Source of the DNA: an uncultured Thiotrichaceae bacterium
GTDB lineage: Bacteria > Pseudomonadota > Gammaproteobacteria > SZUA-229
DNA: 52,129 nucleotides
Direction of reading: 5' to 3'
Assembly: GCA_964522445.1 (NCBI GenBank)
Contig: CAZFUY010000005.1
Location: forward strand, 1-52,129
This document shows positions 18,496 through 28,995 of the stretch, one piece after another; positions within the stretch are counted from its first letter, which is position 1; the number at the start of each line of letters is the position of its first letter. The notes beneath the pieces are model-generated. The model saw only the letters and a list, made by a program, of their open reading frames with translations, did not search any database and had not been told where the DNA came from. The position numbers and the translations under genes are program-made.

Positions 18496-19356
18496 ATGAC
18501 TAAAAAAATTATTAATGCCTTTACAGTGGATGTTGAGGACTTCTTTCAGGTTGAGGCTTTTAGCCAGGTAATAAATAGAGATTTATGGGATGATTTTTCC
18601 TGCCGAGTTGAAAAAAATACGGATTCTATTTTAGGTTTGTTGGATGATGCAAATGTAAAAGGAACTTTTTTTGTTCTTGGCTGGATTGCAAAACGTTATC
18701 CTCATGTAGTTAAGAGGATTTCTGATTTAGGTCATGAAGTGGCATCTCATGGTATGACTCATAAATTAATTTATAACCAGAATCAAAATACATTTAAACA
18801 GGAAACACTTGATTCAAAGCTATTGCTAGAAGATTTGTCACAACAACCAGTGAATGGCTATAGAGCAGCTACATATTCAATTACAAATAAATCATTATGG
18901 GCGTTAGATATATTAGTTGAAGCTGGTTTTAAGTATGACTCTAGTATCTTTCCTATGAGGCATGATAGATATGGTATATCAGACGCATGTCCATTGCCTA
19001 ATGTGCTTAAGACACCAAATAACTCAAGCATTATAGAGTTCCCAATTTCTACTGTGAGAAGTGAATTTTTTACTTTACCTATTGCGGGTGGCGGTTATTT
19101 TCGACTTTTTCCATATTCAGTTACACGCTGGGGATTGTCTTCCATTAACAGGAAGAATAATCCTTTTGTCTTCTATATACACCCCTGGGAAGTCGACTCT
19201 AATCAGCCCAGGATAAAAAATATAAGCAAATTCACAAAGTTTAGGCATTACAATAATCTTTCCCGTTGCCACCCAAGGCTAAAAAAATTATTAGCAGATT
19301 TTGATTTTAATACTATGCAACATGTATTAGATAATACGGCACTTATTGATTTGTAA
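18496..19356 (+). CDS. Polysaccharide deacetylase, XrtA-system type (CE4 + DUF3473-like)
   Basis: NAFTVDVEDFFQV, TFFVLGW, HEVASHG..H, GYRA, YDSSIFP, GGGYFRL, FYIHPWE.D. Confidence 0.9.
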   Translation: MTKKIINAFTVDVEDFFQVEAFSQVINRDLWDDFSCRVEKNTDSILGLLDDANVKGTFFVLGWIAKRYPHVVKRISDLGHEVASHGMTHKLIYNQNQNTFKQETLDSKLLLEDLSQQPVNGYRAATYSITNKSLWALDILVEAGFKYDSSIFPMRHDRYGISDACPLPNVLKTPNNSSIIEFPISTVRSEFFTLPIAGGGYFRLFPYSVTRWGLSSINRKNNPFVFYIHPWEVDSNQPRIKNISKFTKFRHYNNLSRCHPRLKKLLADFDFNTMQHVLDNTALIDL

Positions 19357-19384
19357 GTGTACTTTATAAGGTTAGGGGATTTAC

Positions 19385-20860
19385 TTGACTGATCAAAAAA
19401 AAGATATAAAACGTTTTTTTAAACATTCATACATCTATGCTATTGGAAATATAATAAATAGAATAGGCGCATTTTTATTGCTTCCTGTCTATACAAATTA
19501 CTTAACAACAGCAGAATATGGTTCATTAGAACTATTTTATGCTGTTAGTTCGGTTATATTTGGTTTTTTATCTATTGGTATTGCTCATGCAACCTTGCGA
19601 TTTTATTTTGAGTATAAAGAAGAGAAAGATAAACATGCTGTTGTCAGCACTAACTATATTGCTGCTTTTATAATTAGTTTAATTGGCGTTTCTATTGTAG
19701 GTATCTGGTATAAAGAACTTTCTATATTAGTATTTGGGTCTGATGAATATAAAAATGGCATTATTATTATACTTGCTACAATAGTCTTTGAGCTTTCTTC
19801 TCAAATATGTCTTGCTTATGTTAGAGCTGTTGAGCGGTCATTATTTTTTGTCTATATTGCAATTGCAAAACTCTTAATACAGGTTGCACTTAATATATAT
19901 CTTGTGATTTATGCTGGGGAAGGTGTTGTAGGTATATTGTTTGGTAATTTTATGGCTGTTTTTGTCGGCTGGTTAATACTTAGTGTTATGACATTAAAGG
20001 CTTGTGGCCTTCAATTTCATTTTGTCAAACTAATATCTATTTTACAATATAGTTTTCCCTTCTTATTAGGTACTGTTACAGAGCTTATCTCAACTAATGT
20101 GGATAAGTTTAGCTTGAATTATCTTGATACAATCGGTGCTGTTGGTATTTATATGCTAGCTATAAAGTTTAGCATGATAATTGAGCAGCTTATTGGTGAG
20201 CCGTTTAGTAGATCTTATGGGTCATTTAGATTTTCGATTATGGAAAATAAGAATGCAGCAGAGATACAGGCTAATATAGTCAAGTATTTATTTTATGGCG
20301 CATTATTTGCGGCTCTAGGAATGAGTCTGTTTATAAAGGATTTATTAATGATTATTTCTGATAAGTCATTTTGGCCTGCTGCAGATATTGTACCGATTGT
20401 TATGCTTGCATCTGTAATTAAAATAATGAATTACCCTGTTCAAACAGGCATTCTCTATGCGAAAAAAACAAAATACTTTTTTTATATTGGTGTTGTAGGC
20501 GCTATTGTAAGTACAGTCTCAAATTTGTCACTAATACCGTTTATTGGAATAATAGGAGCTTGTATTTCACTTATAATAACAGATGTTGTTTTGTTAATAC
20601 TCATGCATAAAAAATCTCAGAAATATTTTTATGTTACATATGAGTATAAGAAGTTATTTTTAGCATTGTTATTTTCTATATTTGTTTATCTAGCATCCTT
20701 TGTTGTTTACGGAGAAGAGCTTCTTGTTTCTATCCCAGTTAAAGTTATGTTAATAATGTTTTTTATTATTACATTGCTTAAAAGTGATTTATTTTTAAAT
20801 CATGAAGAAAGGAATTACATTTCTAGCTTTATAAATGCAAAGATTCTTAGGAAAAAATAG
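19385..20860 (+). CDS. wzx: Wzx-type oligosaccharide flippase
   Basis: TTG start; F..HSYIYAIGN...LLLPVYT.YLT..EYG N-terminal signature; about 12-14 hydrophobic segments. Confidence 0.85.
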   Translation: MTDQKKDIKRFFKHSYIYAIGNIINRIGAFLLLPVYTNYLTTAEYGSLELFYAVSSVIFGFLSIGIAHATLRFYFEYKEEKDKHAVVSTNYIAAFIISLIGVSIVGIWYKELSILVFGSDEYKNGIIIILATIVFELSSQICLAYVRAVERSLFFVYIAIAKLLIQVALNIYLVIYAGEGVVGILFGNFMAVFVGWLILSVMTLKACGLQFHFVKLISILQYSFPFLLGTVTELISTNVDKFSLNYLDTIGAVGIYMLAIKFSMIIEQLIGEPFSRSYGSFRFSIMENKNAAEIQANIVKYLFYGALFAALGMSLFIKDLLMIISDKSFWPAADIVPIVMLASVIKIMNYPVQTGILYAKKTKYFFYIGVVGAIVSTVSNLSLIPFIGIIGACISLIITDVVLLILMHKKSQKYFYVTYEYKKLFLALLFSIFVYLASFVVYGEELLVSIPVKVMLIMFFIITLLKSDLFLNHEERNYISSFINAKILRKK

Positions 20861-22111
20861 ATGATATTAATTTATCTTATTTTACTAATTATTGCACCGC
20901 AATTATGGATAGAGCCATTTGTTGATATGCGTGTCGACATGTTTATCTATCCTTTCTGGATGCTCATTATTCTCATTAAAGGAAGGTTAAATGAGTTTTT
21001 TGAATTCAATAAACAGGATCTGTTCTTTTTTGGAATGATTTTGTGGATTATTTTATCTGCATTAGCTAACCCTAGAACTGATATGACAAATCAGCTTATT
21101 ACAGAATATATAAAAATGTTTGTATTATACAGACTGGTTATATTATCAATTGATTCAGATGATGATTTTAAGGCTGTAATTAAATACATTATTGTACTTA
21201 CTTATATCATTGTTATAGAAGCTTTACAGCATAAATATAGTCCTGATGGTATTGGTTGGGCAGGACAAACTCTAGGTTGGGTTGACCAGTCTGTTCTTGA
21301 TGCTGGAGGCACAGGTAGAACAAGGTGGATAAATATTTTTGATGGGCCAGGTGTTTTTTGCGTGTTGTTCACTATAGCGCTTCCATTTGTTTTACGGTTC
21401 TTAGATAAACATTATTCATTTTTTATAAAGATCATGGCCATTATTCTTTTGATCCCCTTATTATGGGCTATATGGACAACAGGTTCGCGGGGAGGGTTTC
21501 TTGCAACATTATCAATTTTTGCCGTCTATGGCCTAATAAAAATGCAGGTCTCATTTATGACTATGATGAAAGTTGGTGGCTTTCTTGTAATAGCCTACAT
21601 GCTTGCACCAAGTCATTTAACTTCAATCAGAGATGATAATAAGTCAGCTCAACATCGTGTTGATATGTGGATTGAAGGGATAGAAATGATTGAGCAAAAC
21701 CCATTGTTTGGGATAGGAAAGGGGAACTTTGCACCATATACTGGTAAGCTTATTGCTCATAATTCAGCAATTGAAATAATGGGTGAAACTGGTGGTCCAG
21801 GTTTCTTTCTATGGATTGGTATATTGTACCTTGCTTTTAAGTCTATATATTTATTACATAAGAGCACGGATGATAAACGCTATATTTCATTATTAAATGC
21901 CTTAACAATTACATTTATAGGCTACATTGTTAGCTCTATGTTTGTAACACTAGAATATGAGACATTATATTTTTTACTTGCACTCCCCAGAGCTCTGATT
22001 CAAAATAAAAAAATAGATATCGATTTTAATCGGAAGGATTTTTACAATATTGCAGGCATGATGTTTGGCTTTTATATTACGCTTAAGGCATTTGTTATTA
22101 TGTATTATTAG
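20861..22111 (+). CDS. O-antigen ligase/Wzy polymerase family membrane protein
   Basis: Multi-TM; TGSRGGFL, SAQHR..MW, NPLFGIG.GNF, AHNS..E..GETG (Wzy_C motifs). Confidence 0.85.
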   Translation: MILIYLILLIIAPQLWIEPFVDMRVDMFIYPFWMLIILIKGRLNEFFEFNKQDLFFFGMILWIILSALANPRTDMTNQLITEYIKMFVLYRLVILSIDSDDDFKAVIKYIIVLTYIIVIEALQHKYSPDGIGWAGQTLGWVDQSVLDAGGTGRTRWINIFDGPGVFCVLFTIALPFVLRFLDKHYSFFIKIMAIILLIPLLWAIWTTGSRGGFLATLSIFAVYGLIKMQVSFMTMMKVGGFLVIAYMLAPSHLTSIRDDNKSAQHRVDMWIEGIEMIEQNPLFGIGKGNFAPYTGKLIAHNSAIEIMGETGGPGFFLWIGILYLAFKSIYLLHKSTDDKRYISLLNALTITFIGYIVSSMFVTLEYETLYFLLALPRALIQNKKIDIDFNRKDFYNIAGMMFGFYITLKAFVIMYY

Positions 22112-22121
22112 AAGGATAGTT

Positions 22122-23147
22122 ATGAGCAAAAAACAACTATTAGCAAATTTATTGAACAAACTATTTCCACATGGAATGTTGTCGTCTATTAGAGCATTTT
22201 TAAAAGATGAACTTATTGTTCTTGCTTATCATAGAGTTTGTGATATAAAAAAAAGCCAATATATATATGACATTGAGTTAATAAGTGCTGACTCAGATAG
22301 CTTTGAATATCAAATAAAATATATCAAGAAACACTATAATCCAATAAGCATGAATCAGCTTATTGATTATATTGAAAACAAAAAAAGCCTTCCTAAAAAA
22401 CCCATTCTTATTACATTTGATGATGGCTTTGATGATAATTATACAAAAGCCTTTCCTATTTTAAAAAAATATAATGTTCCTGCAACTATATTTATAACAA
22501 CCAGTTATATAGGGACAGATAAGACTATATGGTTTGATCATTTGGCATCATTAATATTCTTATTAGAAAAAGACAGGTTATTTATAAAGGAGATTGGGAA
22601 GACATATAATTTAAGTCAAACAAAGAAAGAAAGAGGCCCTGTTATGGAGGCGCTTTGTGAAGACCTTAAACTAATTCCTAATACTTTACGTGAAAGTATT
22701 TTAGAGCGATTAAATAATGAATACTCTAGCATTCTTAAAAATATTGATAATAGGCAAAGTAGAATGTTAAATTGGGAGCAAATAAAAGAAATGAGTGATT
22801 CTATTATAGACATAGGCTCTCATACCGTGACTCATTCAATATTAACAAAGCTTACAGATGAAAAAATATATTATGAACTGAGTGAATCAAAGGAAATACT
22901 AGAAAAAGAACTCGGAGTTGAAATTGCTTCAATTTCTTATCCTAATGGAAATGAAGATGCTTATAATGAAACTGTTATTAATAATCTGAATAAATTAAAT
23001 TATAAAATAGCATTTACTTATATTGCTGGGAACAATCCATTACCAATAGCTAATAAATTAGCAATAAAACGTTTGCATGTAGAAAATTATATAAATAAAA
23101 ATTATTTTAACATGCTTCTCTGTATGCCAGGTATTTTCAGTGACTAA
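22122..23147 (+). CDS. Polysaccharide deacetylase (CE4)
   Basis: LAYHRV, ITFDDG, GSHTVTH, SYPNG; start set at ATG 22122 (AAGGA RBS). Confidence 0.87.
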   Translation: MSKKQLLANLLNKLFPHGMLSSIRAFLKDELIVLAYHRVCDIKKSQYIYDIELISADSDSFEYQIKYIKKHYNPISMNQLIDYIENKKSLPKKPILITFDDGFDDNYTKAFPILKKYNVPATIFITTSYIGTDKTIWFDHLASLIFLLEKDRLFIKEIGKTYNLSQTKKERGPVMEALCEDLKLIPNTLRESILERLNNEYSSILKNIDNRQSRMLNWEQIKEMSDSIIDIGSHTVTHSILTKLTDEKIYYELSESKEILEKELGVEIASISYPNGNEDAYNETVINNLNKLNYKIAFTYIAGNNPLPIANKLAIKRLHVENYINKNYFNMLLCMPGIFSD

Positions 23148-24030
23148 TACTATAAAAGAAGGATTAGTCAGTGTTATATTGCCAACCTACAATAGGGCTT
23201 TACTTATTGAGAGGGCAATAAGCTCTGTTTTAAATCAAACATATCCTAATATTGAATTGATTGTGATAGATGATGGATCTACTGATGATACGTGTGAGAA
23301 ATTAAAGGGGTTTAATGAAAAAATATCTTATATTTATCAGGATAATTCAGGGGTTTCTTCTGCTCGTAATGTTGGCATACAAGCAGCAAGTGGCGAGTTC
23401 ATCGCTTTTATTGACTCTGATGATGTGTGGAAAAAAAGCAAATTAGAGCAGCAGTTAAATTATTTTAATGAAAATAATGAAATAGGCTTATGTTTTACTA
23501 ATGTCAGCATCATTAATTCAGATGGTTCTGTATCAAAAAAGCCTGAAGTTATTAAGCATACAAAGAATGATATTTATGATATCAAACAAGTGTTTCTTGA
23601 TCCGTATTTTGGCCTGCCAACAGTAATTATAAAAAGAGAGATTATAGATGTTGTTGGTTTTTTTAATGAATCACTGAAAACAGCTGAAGATCTAGATTTA
23701 TTTCTAAGGATTTCGCTTAAAACAAAATCAGGTTACTTACACAAAAGTTTGGTTGATGTTTATCTTACTGAAGGAAGTTTAAGTTCTGTTAATAATAGTT
23801 TTGAAGATAATATAAATGTAGTTACAAAATTTGTGGAAGAGAATAATGAACTCTGCAAGAGTTTTAGAGAAGTGATCAAAGATGTTCTTTTTAGAATAAA
23901 CTATGAATATGCTAAATCGCTTCAGTGGTATGGTGATAGTAAGGGAGCGAGAAAACGTATAACTGAAGCTCACAAACATAGAATAAAGTACTCTTCTTTG
24001 TTTCTTTTCCTTAAAACGTTAATTAAATAA
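23140..24030 (+). CDS. Glycosyltransferase family 2
   Basis: VSVILPTYNR, VIDDGSTD, GVSSARN.G, AFIDSDD, EDLDLFLR. Confidence 0.92.
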   Translation: MTNTIKEGLVSVILPTYNRALLIERAISSVLNQTYPNIELIVIDDGSTDDTCEKLKGFNEKISYIYQDNSGVSSARNVGIQAASGEFIAFIDSDDVWKKSKLEQQLNYFNENNEIGLCFTNVSIINSDGSVSKKPEVIKHTKNDIYDIKQVFLDPYFGLPTVIIKREIIDVVGFFNESLKTAEDLDLFLRISLKTKSGYLHKSLVDVYLTEGSLSSVNNSFEDNINVVTKFVEENNELCKSFREVIKDVLFRINYEYAKSLQWYGDSKGARKRITEAHKHRIKYSSLFLFLKTLIK

Positions 24031-25619
24031 TGAAAAAATCTAATAATATAGATAGTGATAGTTTTTTTTCACCAATTGCGTGGTGGCTTCATGCTGGCGA
24101 TAGATTGCGTGGTGTAGTCCTTGTTATTGGGGGTATTGATAGTGATTCTATTCATTTTATATCACGGCTAGCTAAGAAGTTATATATTTATGAGTCTTCT
24201 AGTTCTAATGATACTGGGATTTCATATGACAATGTTGATGTTATAGGGAATGAGTTAAAGAACAGTCTTGTGTATGATGCAATTATTATAAAGTCTTTAG
24301 ATAATCATGAAAGAAATGAAGAGTTATCGTTTCTTTTTTCAAAATGTTTATCTCATGATGGCGTAATATGCTTATATGAAAAGAATAGTTATAATTTTAA
24401 AAATTTTGTTCATTCATCTTTGGGTGTCATTAAGAATATATTTTATAAAAAACGTTATAAGAAAATATCATCTATATTAGATGGTTCATCGGTGTCATGC
24501 TTCCCAACAATTTCATATGAAAGAATCCCTTACGAATCATTTGTTGAAGGTCAATACATATCTAATAAAAATACATTCTTATTAAAAGAAAGGGTCAGAA
24601 CGTTTATTTTAAGGTCTAGATTTTCCAGGCTTTTTACAAATACTAATATATGGGTAATTCAAAAAAACAATAGCTCTAGAACTCTAGTTGATATATTGCT
24701 AGAAGAGCTTCCCTGTATAGATAAGATAAATTTTAAACATGACCTAAAGTGCTCTATTATTTATTATAAATTTGGGAAAATAATAATCGTCTTTTCTGAT
24801 GTGCATGAGAATAAAAACAATTATGTTGCTGTAATTGCTATTGATTCTGAGGCGGTAAAACAGAGAGAGAATGAAAGAATATCTATACGTTATCTTCTAA
24901 AAAATGAAATGATGAAAAAATATATACAAGAGGAACATATAAGGCACTCTATTTTAGGTTTTAACTGTTTTGTTATGAAAATGTATAAAGGCATTACGGT
25001 CGATATAAATAATACACACTTACAGAAAATGACAACCAATGTATATCCTGTTCTTGAAATATTGTCATCAAGTACCATTCATAATATGGATAATAAGGCA
25101 TTAAAAAACAAAATAAATCAATACGCAAAAGTAATGAAGGAAAGATTGTCAAATCATTTAGATGATATAAATATTGTAACTGATTTTATTATTAACAATA
25201 TAAGCAAACATAACTTTAAATCTGTTTGTATGCATGGAGATTTAAAGCTAGAGAATTTTGTTCTTGATTATAACTATCAGGTTGTTGGAGTAATTGATTG
25301 GGAATTATGTGAAATAGATGGAGTTCCTCTAATTGATCTATATTATCTAATTGGTTATAACCATCAAATCATCATGAATAATGATTTCGCTTATGCTTTT
25401 GTAGATCTTTGTGATAATAATCTGGAAAAATATGAAATAGATATGATCAATAAATATTGTAAGAAACTAGGGATAAAAAGTAATACAAAGCCGCTTATAC
25501 TTGCAATATTTTTTATGCATCATTATAGCCTCCGGTTTTACCTGGACCAATTAGATGGTGAATCTAATTCATATTTCATGCTTTCTTTAAATAGAATCAT
25601 AAGTCTCATATCGGAGTAG
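24030..25619 (+). CDS. APH/choline-kinase-like phosphotransferase with an uncharacterised N-terminal region
   Basis: C-terminal Brenner motif HGDLKLENF and metal-binding VIDWE; N-terminal part loosely resembles a degenerate Rossmann/methyltransferase fold. Confidence 0.65.
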   Translation: MKKSNNIDSDSFFSPIAWWLHAGDRLRGVVLVIGGIDSDSIHFISRLAKKLYIYESSSSNDTGISYDNVDVIGNELKNSLVYDAIIIKSLDNHERNEELSFLFSKCLSHDGVICLYEKNSYNFKNFVHSSLGVIKNIFYKKRYKKISSILDGSSVSCFPTISYERIPYESFVEGQYISNKNTFLLKERVRTFILRSRFSRLFTNTNIWVIQKNNSSRTLVDILLEELPCIDKINFKHDLKCSIIYYKFGKIIIVFSDVHENKNNYVAVIAIDSEAVKQRENERISIRYLLKNEMMKKYIQEEHIRHSILGFNCFVMKMYKGITVDINNTHLQKMTTNVYPVLEILSSSTIHNMDNKALKNKINQYAKVMKERLSNHLDDINIVTDFIINNISKHNFKSVCMHGDLKLENFVLDYNYQVVGVIDWELCEIDGVPLIDLYYLIGYNHQIIMNNDFAYAFVDLCDNNLEKYEIDMINKYCKKLGIKSNTKPLILAIFFMHHYSLRFYLDQLDGESNSYFMLSLNRIISLISE

Positions 25620-25626
25620 TTAGAAG

Positions 25627-26793
25627 ATGAGTTTTTTTGAAGAAATTTTAATATTTATTCTTGTTTTATCAATGGTGTTATTTGTTTATAACTATATTAT
25701 ATATCCATTATTTATTTTGGCTTTAAGTAAATTAATAGATGATGATCACATTAACAAAATAGACCCTTTTACGGAATATCCAGTAGTGAGCTTTATAATA
25801 GCTGCTTATAATGAAGAGAAGGTTATTGAAGATAAAATTAAAAATACTTTAAATATTGATTACCCTAAAGATAAGATAAATATTATTATTGTATCTGATG
25901 GTTCAAATGATAATACAGCTTCAATAGTTCGTGGTTATTCTGATAGAGGTATAGTAAGTTTGCATGAAGATAAACGTAGTGGAAAATCAGCCGCTCTTAA
26001 TCGAGCAGTTGAGGCATCCAATTGTGAGATATTGGTCTTTTCTGATGCTAATAATGATTTTTCTTCAGATTCAGTTAAACAACTTGTTAAGCATTTCTCA
26101 GATAAAGAAATAGGAGCTGTGACAGGATCAAAGCATATTTATATTAATAAAGACAGGCAAGCATCAGAAGGTGATGGCTTATACTGGAAGTATGAATCAA
26201 AAATAAAAGAGGCTGAAAGTCATCTTGGCTCAATAACAGCTGCTGAAGGAGAAATACTGGCTGTAAGAAAAAAAGACTTTCAGCCTATTGATATTTCAAT
26301 TATTAACGATGATGCTGCTATTACATTTAATATTATTAAATCAGGAAAAAGAATTATTTATGAGAAAAATGCAAAAGCATTTGAAGAGGCATCTAAAGAT
26401 CTTATTGATGATTTTCATGTAAAAATTCGTATGACAACTGGTGGTTATCAAACATTATCAAGAGAAAAATCATATTTAATGCCTCCAACCACATGGTTTT
26501 CATTTACTTTTTTATCACATAAATTTCTCCGCTGGCTTGCACCGCATTTTATGGTATTTATTTTTTTTATCCCTCTATTGTTATCTTACCGAAATGAGAT
26601 GTTGGCTTTATTTATTGTTCAGATGATATTTTATTCTATTTCATATTATGGCTGGATTAAAAGAGATACAGATTTACCTGGTTATATATATATACCAATG
26701 TATTTCACAAGTATGAACATTGCTTTATTTATAGGTTTTTTCAGATATTCCAGGAAAAATCATAGCGTTAACTGGCGAAAGGCAGAAAGATAA
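25627..26793 (+). CDS. Membrane glycosyltransferase family 2 (CESA-like)
   Basis: N-terminal TM, IAAYNEE, SDGSND, GKSAALN, FSDAN, YWKYE, INDD, C-terminal TMs. Confidence 0.9.
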   Translation: MSFFEEILIFILVLSMVLFVYNYIIYPLFILALSKLIDDDHINKIDPFTEYPVVSFIIAAYNEEKVIEDKIKNTLNIDYPKDKINIIIVSDGSNDNTASIVRGYSDRGIVSLHEDKRSGKSAALNRAVEASNCEILVFSDANNDFSSDSVKQLVKHFSDKEIGAVTGSKHIYINKDRQASEGDGLYWKYESKIKEAESHLGSITAAEGEILAVRKKDFQPIDISIINDDAAITFNIIKSGKRIIYEKNAKAFEEASKDLIDDFHVKIRMTTGGYQTLSREKSYLMPPTTWFSFTFLSHKFLRWLAPHFMVFIFFIPLLLSYRNEMLALFIVQMIFYSISYYGWIKRDTDLPGYIYIPMYFTSMNIALFIGFFRYSRKNHSVNWRKAER

Positions 26794-27885
26794 ATGATTG
26801 AATTATTGTTTCTTATATTTATTATCAGCAGTGTATTGCTTGGGGTCTTATTAAAATCAAGAAACATGCACTTATGGATTTTATCATATATGCGTCAGTC
26901 TTTAACTAAAACAAACCTACCAAAACATCAGAATGTTTATTTTTGTCTTGCTGATCATTTTGAGCCATATTTTGGAGGTGTTGATCAAAACTCTGCACGG
27001 GAGCTAGTAGATCAATGGATTAAGGAATATAAGAAAGTAGCAGTAAAACACACAGATAGTTTTGGCAATTATCCTAAACATTCATATTTCTATCCAGGTG
27101 AAGAATATGATGATTATATAATGGATGAGTTAAAATCAATTTGTAATGACGGTTTAGGTGATGTGGAAATCCATCTGCACCATGATGATGATACTGCAGA
27201 AAATTTAACAAATACACTTAATGATTTTAAAGAGATATTATTTAATAAGCATGGCCTTCTAAGAAAAAATGAATCTGGTGAAATTGTGTACGGATTTATT
27301 CATGGAAATTGGGCTCTTGATAATTCACGGCCTGATGGAAAATGGTGTGGTGTGAATAATGAAATAGATGTTTTGCTTAAAACAGGGTGCGTATACGATA
27401 TGACAATGCCTTCTGCACCAAGTGATACGCAAACATCAATAATTAATAGTCTCTATTTTGCAAAAGAAGATGGTAAAGCTAAATCTCATAACAAAGGAAA
27501 AAATCTAACTACTGATAATTGGACAGATACAGAACTATTGATGATACAAGGACCATTACGTCTTAACTGGAAAAATAGAAAATTTGGACTTATTCCTAGA
27601 ATTGAAGCAGGTGAGTTGTCCTTTGATGCGCCACCAACAGAAGACAGAGTTGATTTATGGAAGGGATCAAATATATCTATAAAAGGCAATAATGAGCATA
27701 TCTTTATTAAAGTTTATACTCATGGCCTACAAGCTAAAAATATGAAGATGTTTTTTAATAACAATGGCTTTAATGGTCTTTGGAATATATTAGAAAGAAA
27801 GTTTAAAGATGTAGACAAATATAGTCTACATTATGTAACAGCATGGGAAATGTTTAATAAGATAAGAGAACTTTCTAAAAAATAA
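26794..27885 (+). CDS. Membrane-anchored conserved protein, possible CE4/GH57-like metal hydrolase
   Basis: N-terminal TM; ADHFEP, EIHLHH, FIHGNWALDNS, KVYTHG, LHYVTAWE motifs suggest an Asp/His metal site. Confidence 0.55.
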   Translation: MIELLFLIFIISSVLLGVLLKSRNMHLWILSYMRQSLTKTNLPKHQNVYFCLADHFEPYFGGVDQNSARELVDQWIKEYKKVAVKHTDSFGNYPKHSYFYPGEEYDDYIMDELKSICNDGLGDVEIHLHHDDDTAENLTNTLNDFKEILFNKHGLLRKNESGEIVYGFIHGNWALDNSRPDGKWCGVNNEIDVLLKTGCVYDMTMPSAPSDTQTSIINSLYFAKEDGKAKSHNKGKNLTTDNWTDTELLMIQGPLRLNWKNRKFGLIPRIEAGELSFDAPPTEDRVDLWKGSNISIKGNNEHIFIKVYTHGLQAKNMKMFFNNNGFNGLWNILERKFKDVDKYSLHYVTAWEMFNKIRELSKK

Positions 27886-27890
27886 ATATT

Positions 27891-28976
27891 ATGAGAAATA
27901 TACTACATATTATTGAGTCACTGGAGTTCGGTGGAGCAGAAAAAGTTGTACTCCAGCTGGCTAATGGACTGTCATCAAAATATAATATTAGTATATGTAT
28001 TACAAAGCGTGAAGGTGACTTAATAAAAGATGTGAATAAAAATATTTCAATATATCCATTAAATTCAAAAGAGGGAAATGATTTATCAATTATACCAAGT
28101 ATAGCTAAAATTATAAAAGAAAATAAAATTGATGTGGTTCATATACATAATTGGGGGGTATTTATCGAATCTGTATTAGCCTCAAAATATGCGGGAGTAA
28201 ATAGAATTGTTCATACTGTGCATGGGCCATATATAAGCTATGAAGTAGGAGTAGCAAATAATTTGAAAAAACATTTTCGTCACTTTATCGAATATATTTT
28301 GTCTTTCTTTGTTTATAAATTCATTTCAGTCTCCAATGCTATAAAAAGTTATATGATTGATGATATTGGTATAAATAAAAATAGAATTAAAACCATTCAT
28401 AATGGAATAAAGGGGCTTCTGAAAAAAGAGAGATCTATTAATAACTTAAATTCGATTAATCTTGTATGTGTTGGAAGGGTAGCAAAAATAAAGAATCACA
28501 GACTACTATTAAGTGCATTAAAAGAAGCTTGTGAAACTGTTGATGTTTGCCTGACAATTGTTGGTGATGGCCCTGAGTTTGATGAGATAATATCTTATAG
28601 CAATGAATTGAAAATAAATGACAAAATAGATTTTATGGGCTTTAGAACGGATATAGATGATATTTTAAAAAACATGGATATTTGCATAGTTACATCAGAT
28701 TATGAAGGAATTTCTATCGCTATACTTGAAGCAATGAGTTTAGGTATGCCAGTTATTGCAAGCAATGTAGGAGGCAATCCAGAAACAGTTATTGATAATA
28801 AAACAGGGATTTTATTCGGCAAAGGTGATAAGAATGATTTAGTAAAAGCGATAATAAGAATGGCTTCAAATAAATCACTTCGTGAATCAATGGGTAATGC
28901 CGCTTTCACTCATTTCCAGAAAAATTTTCATGAAGATAATGTTTTAAATCAGTATTCACTATTATATTCTGATTAA
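27891..28976 (+). CDS. Glycosyltransferase family 4
   Basis: GGAEKV, HTVHG, VGR...KN, EGISIAILEAM, SNVGG..E. Confidence 0.92.
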   Translation: MRNILHIIESLEFGGAEKVVLQLANGLSSKYNISICITKREGDLIKDVNKNISIYPLNSKEGNDLSIIPSIAKIIKENKIDVVHIHNWGVFIESVLASKYAGVNRIVHTVHGPYISYEVGVANNLKKHFRHFIEYILSFFVYKFISVSNAIKSYMIDDIGINKNRIKTIHNGIKGLLKKERSINNLNSINLVCVGRVAKIKNHRLLLSALKEACETVDVCLTIVGDGPEFDEIISYSNELKINDKIDFMGFRTDIDDILKNMDICIVTSDYEGISIAILEAMSLGMPVIASNVGGNPETVIDNKTGILFGKGDKNDLVKAIIRMASNKSLRESMGNAAFTHFQKNFHEDNVLNQYSLLYSD

Positions 28977-28995
28977 ATTGCAAGGAATGAGATAG

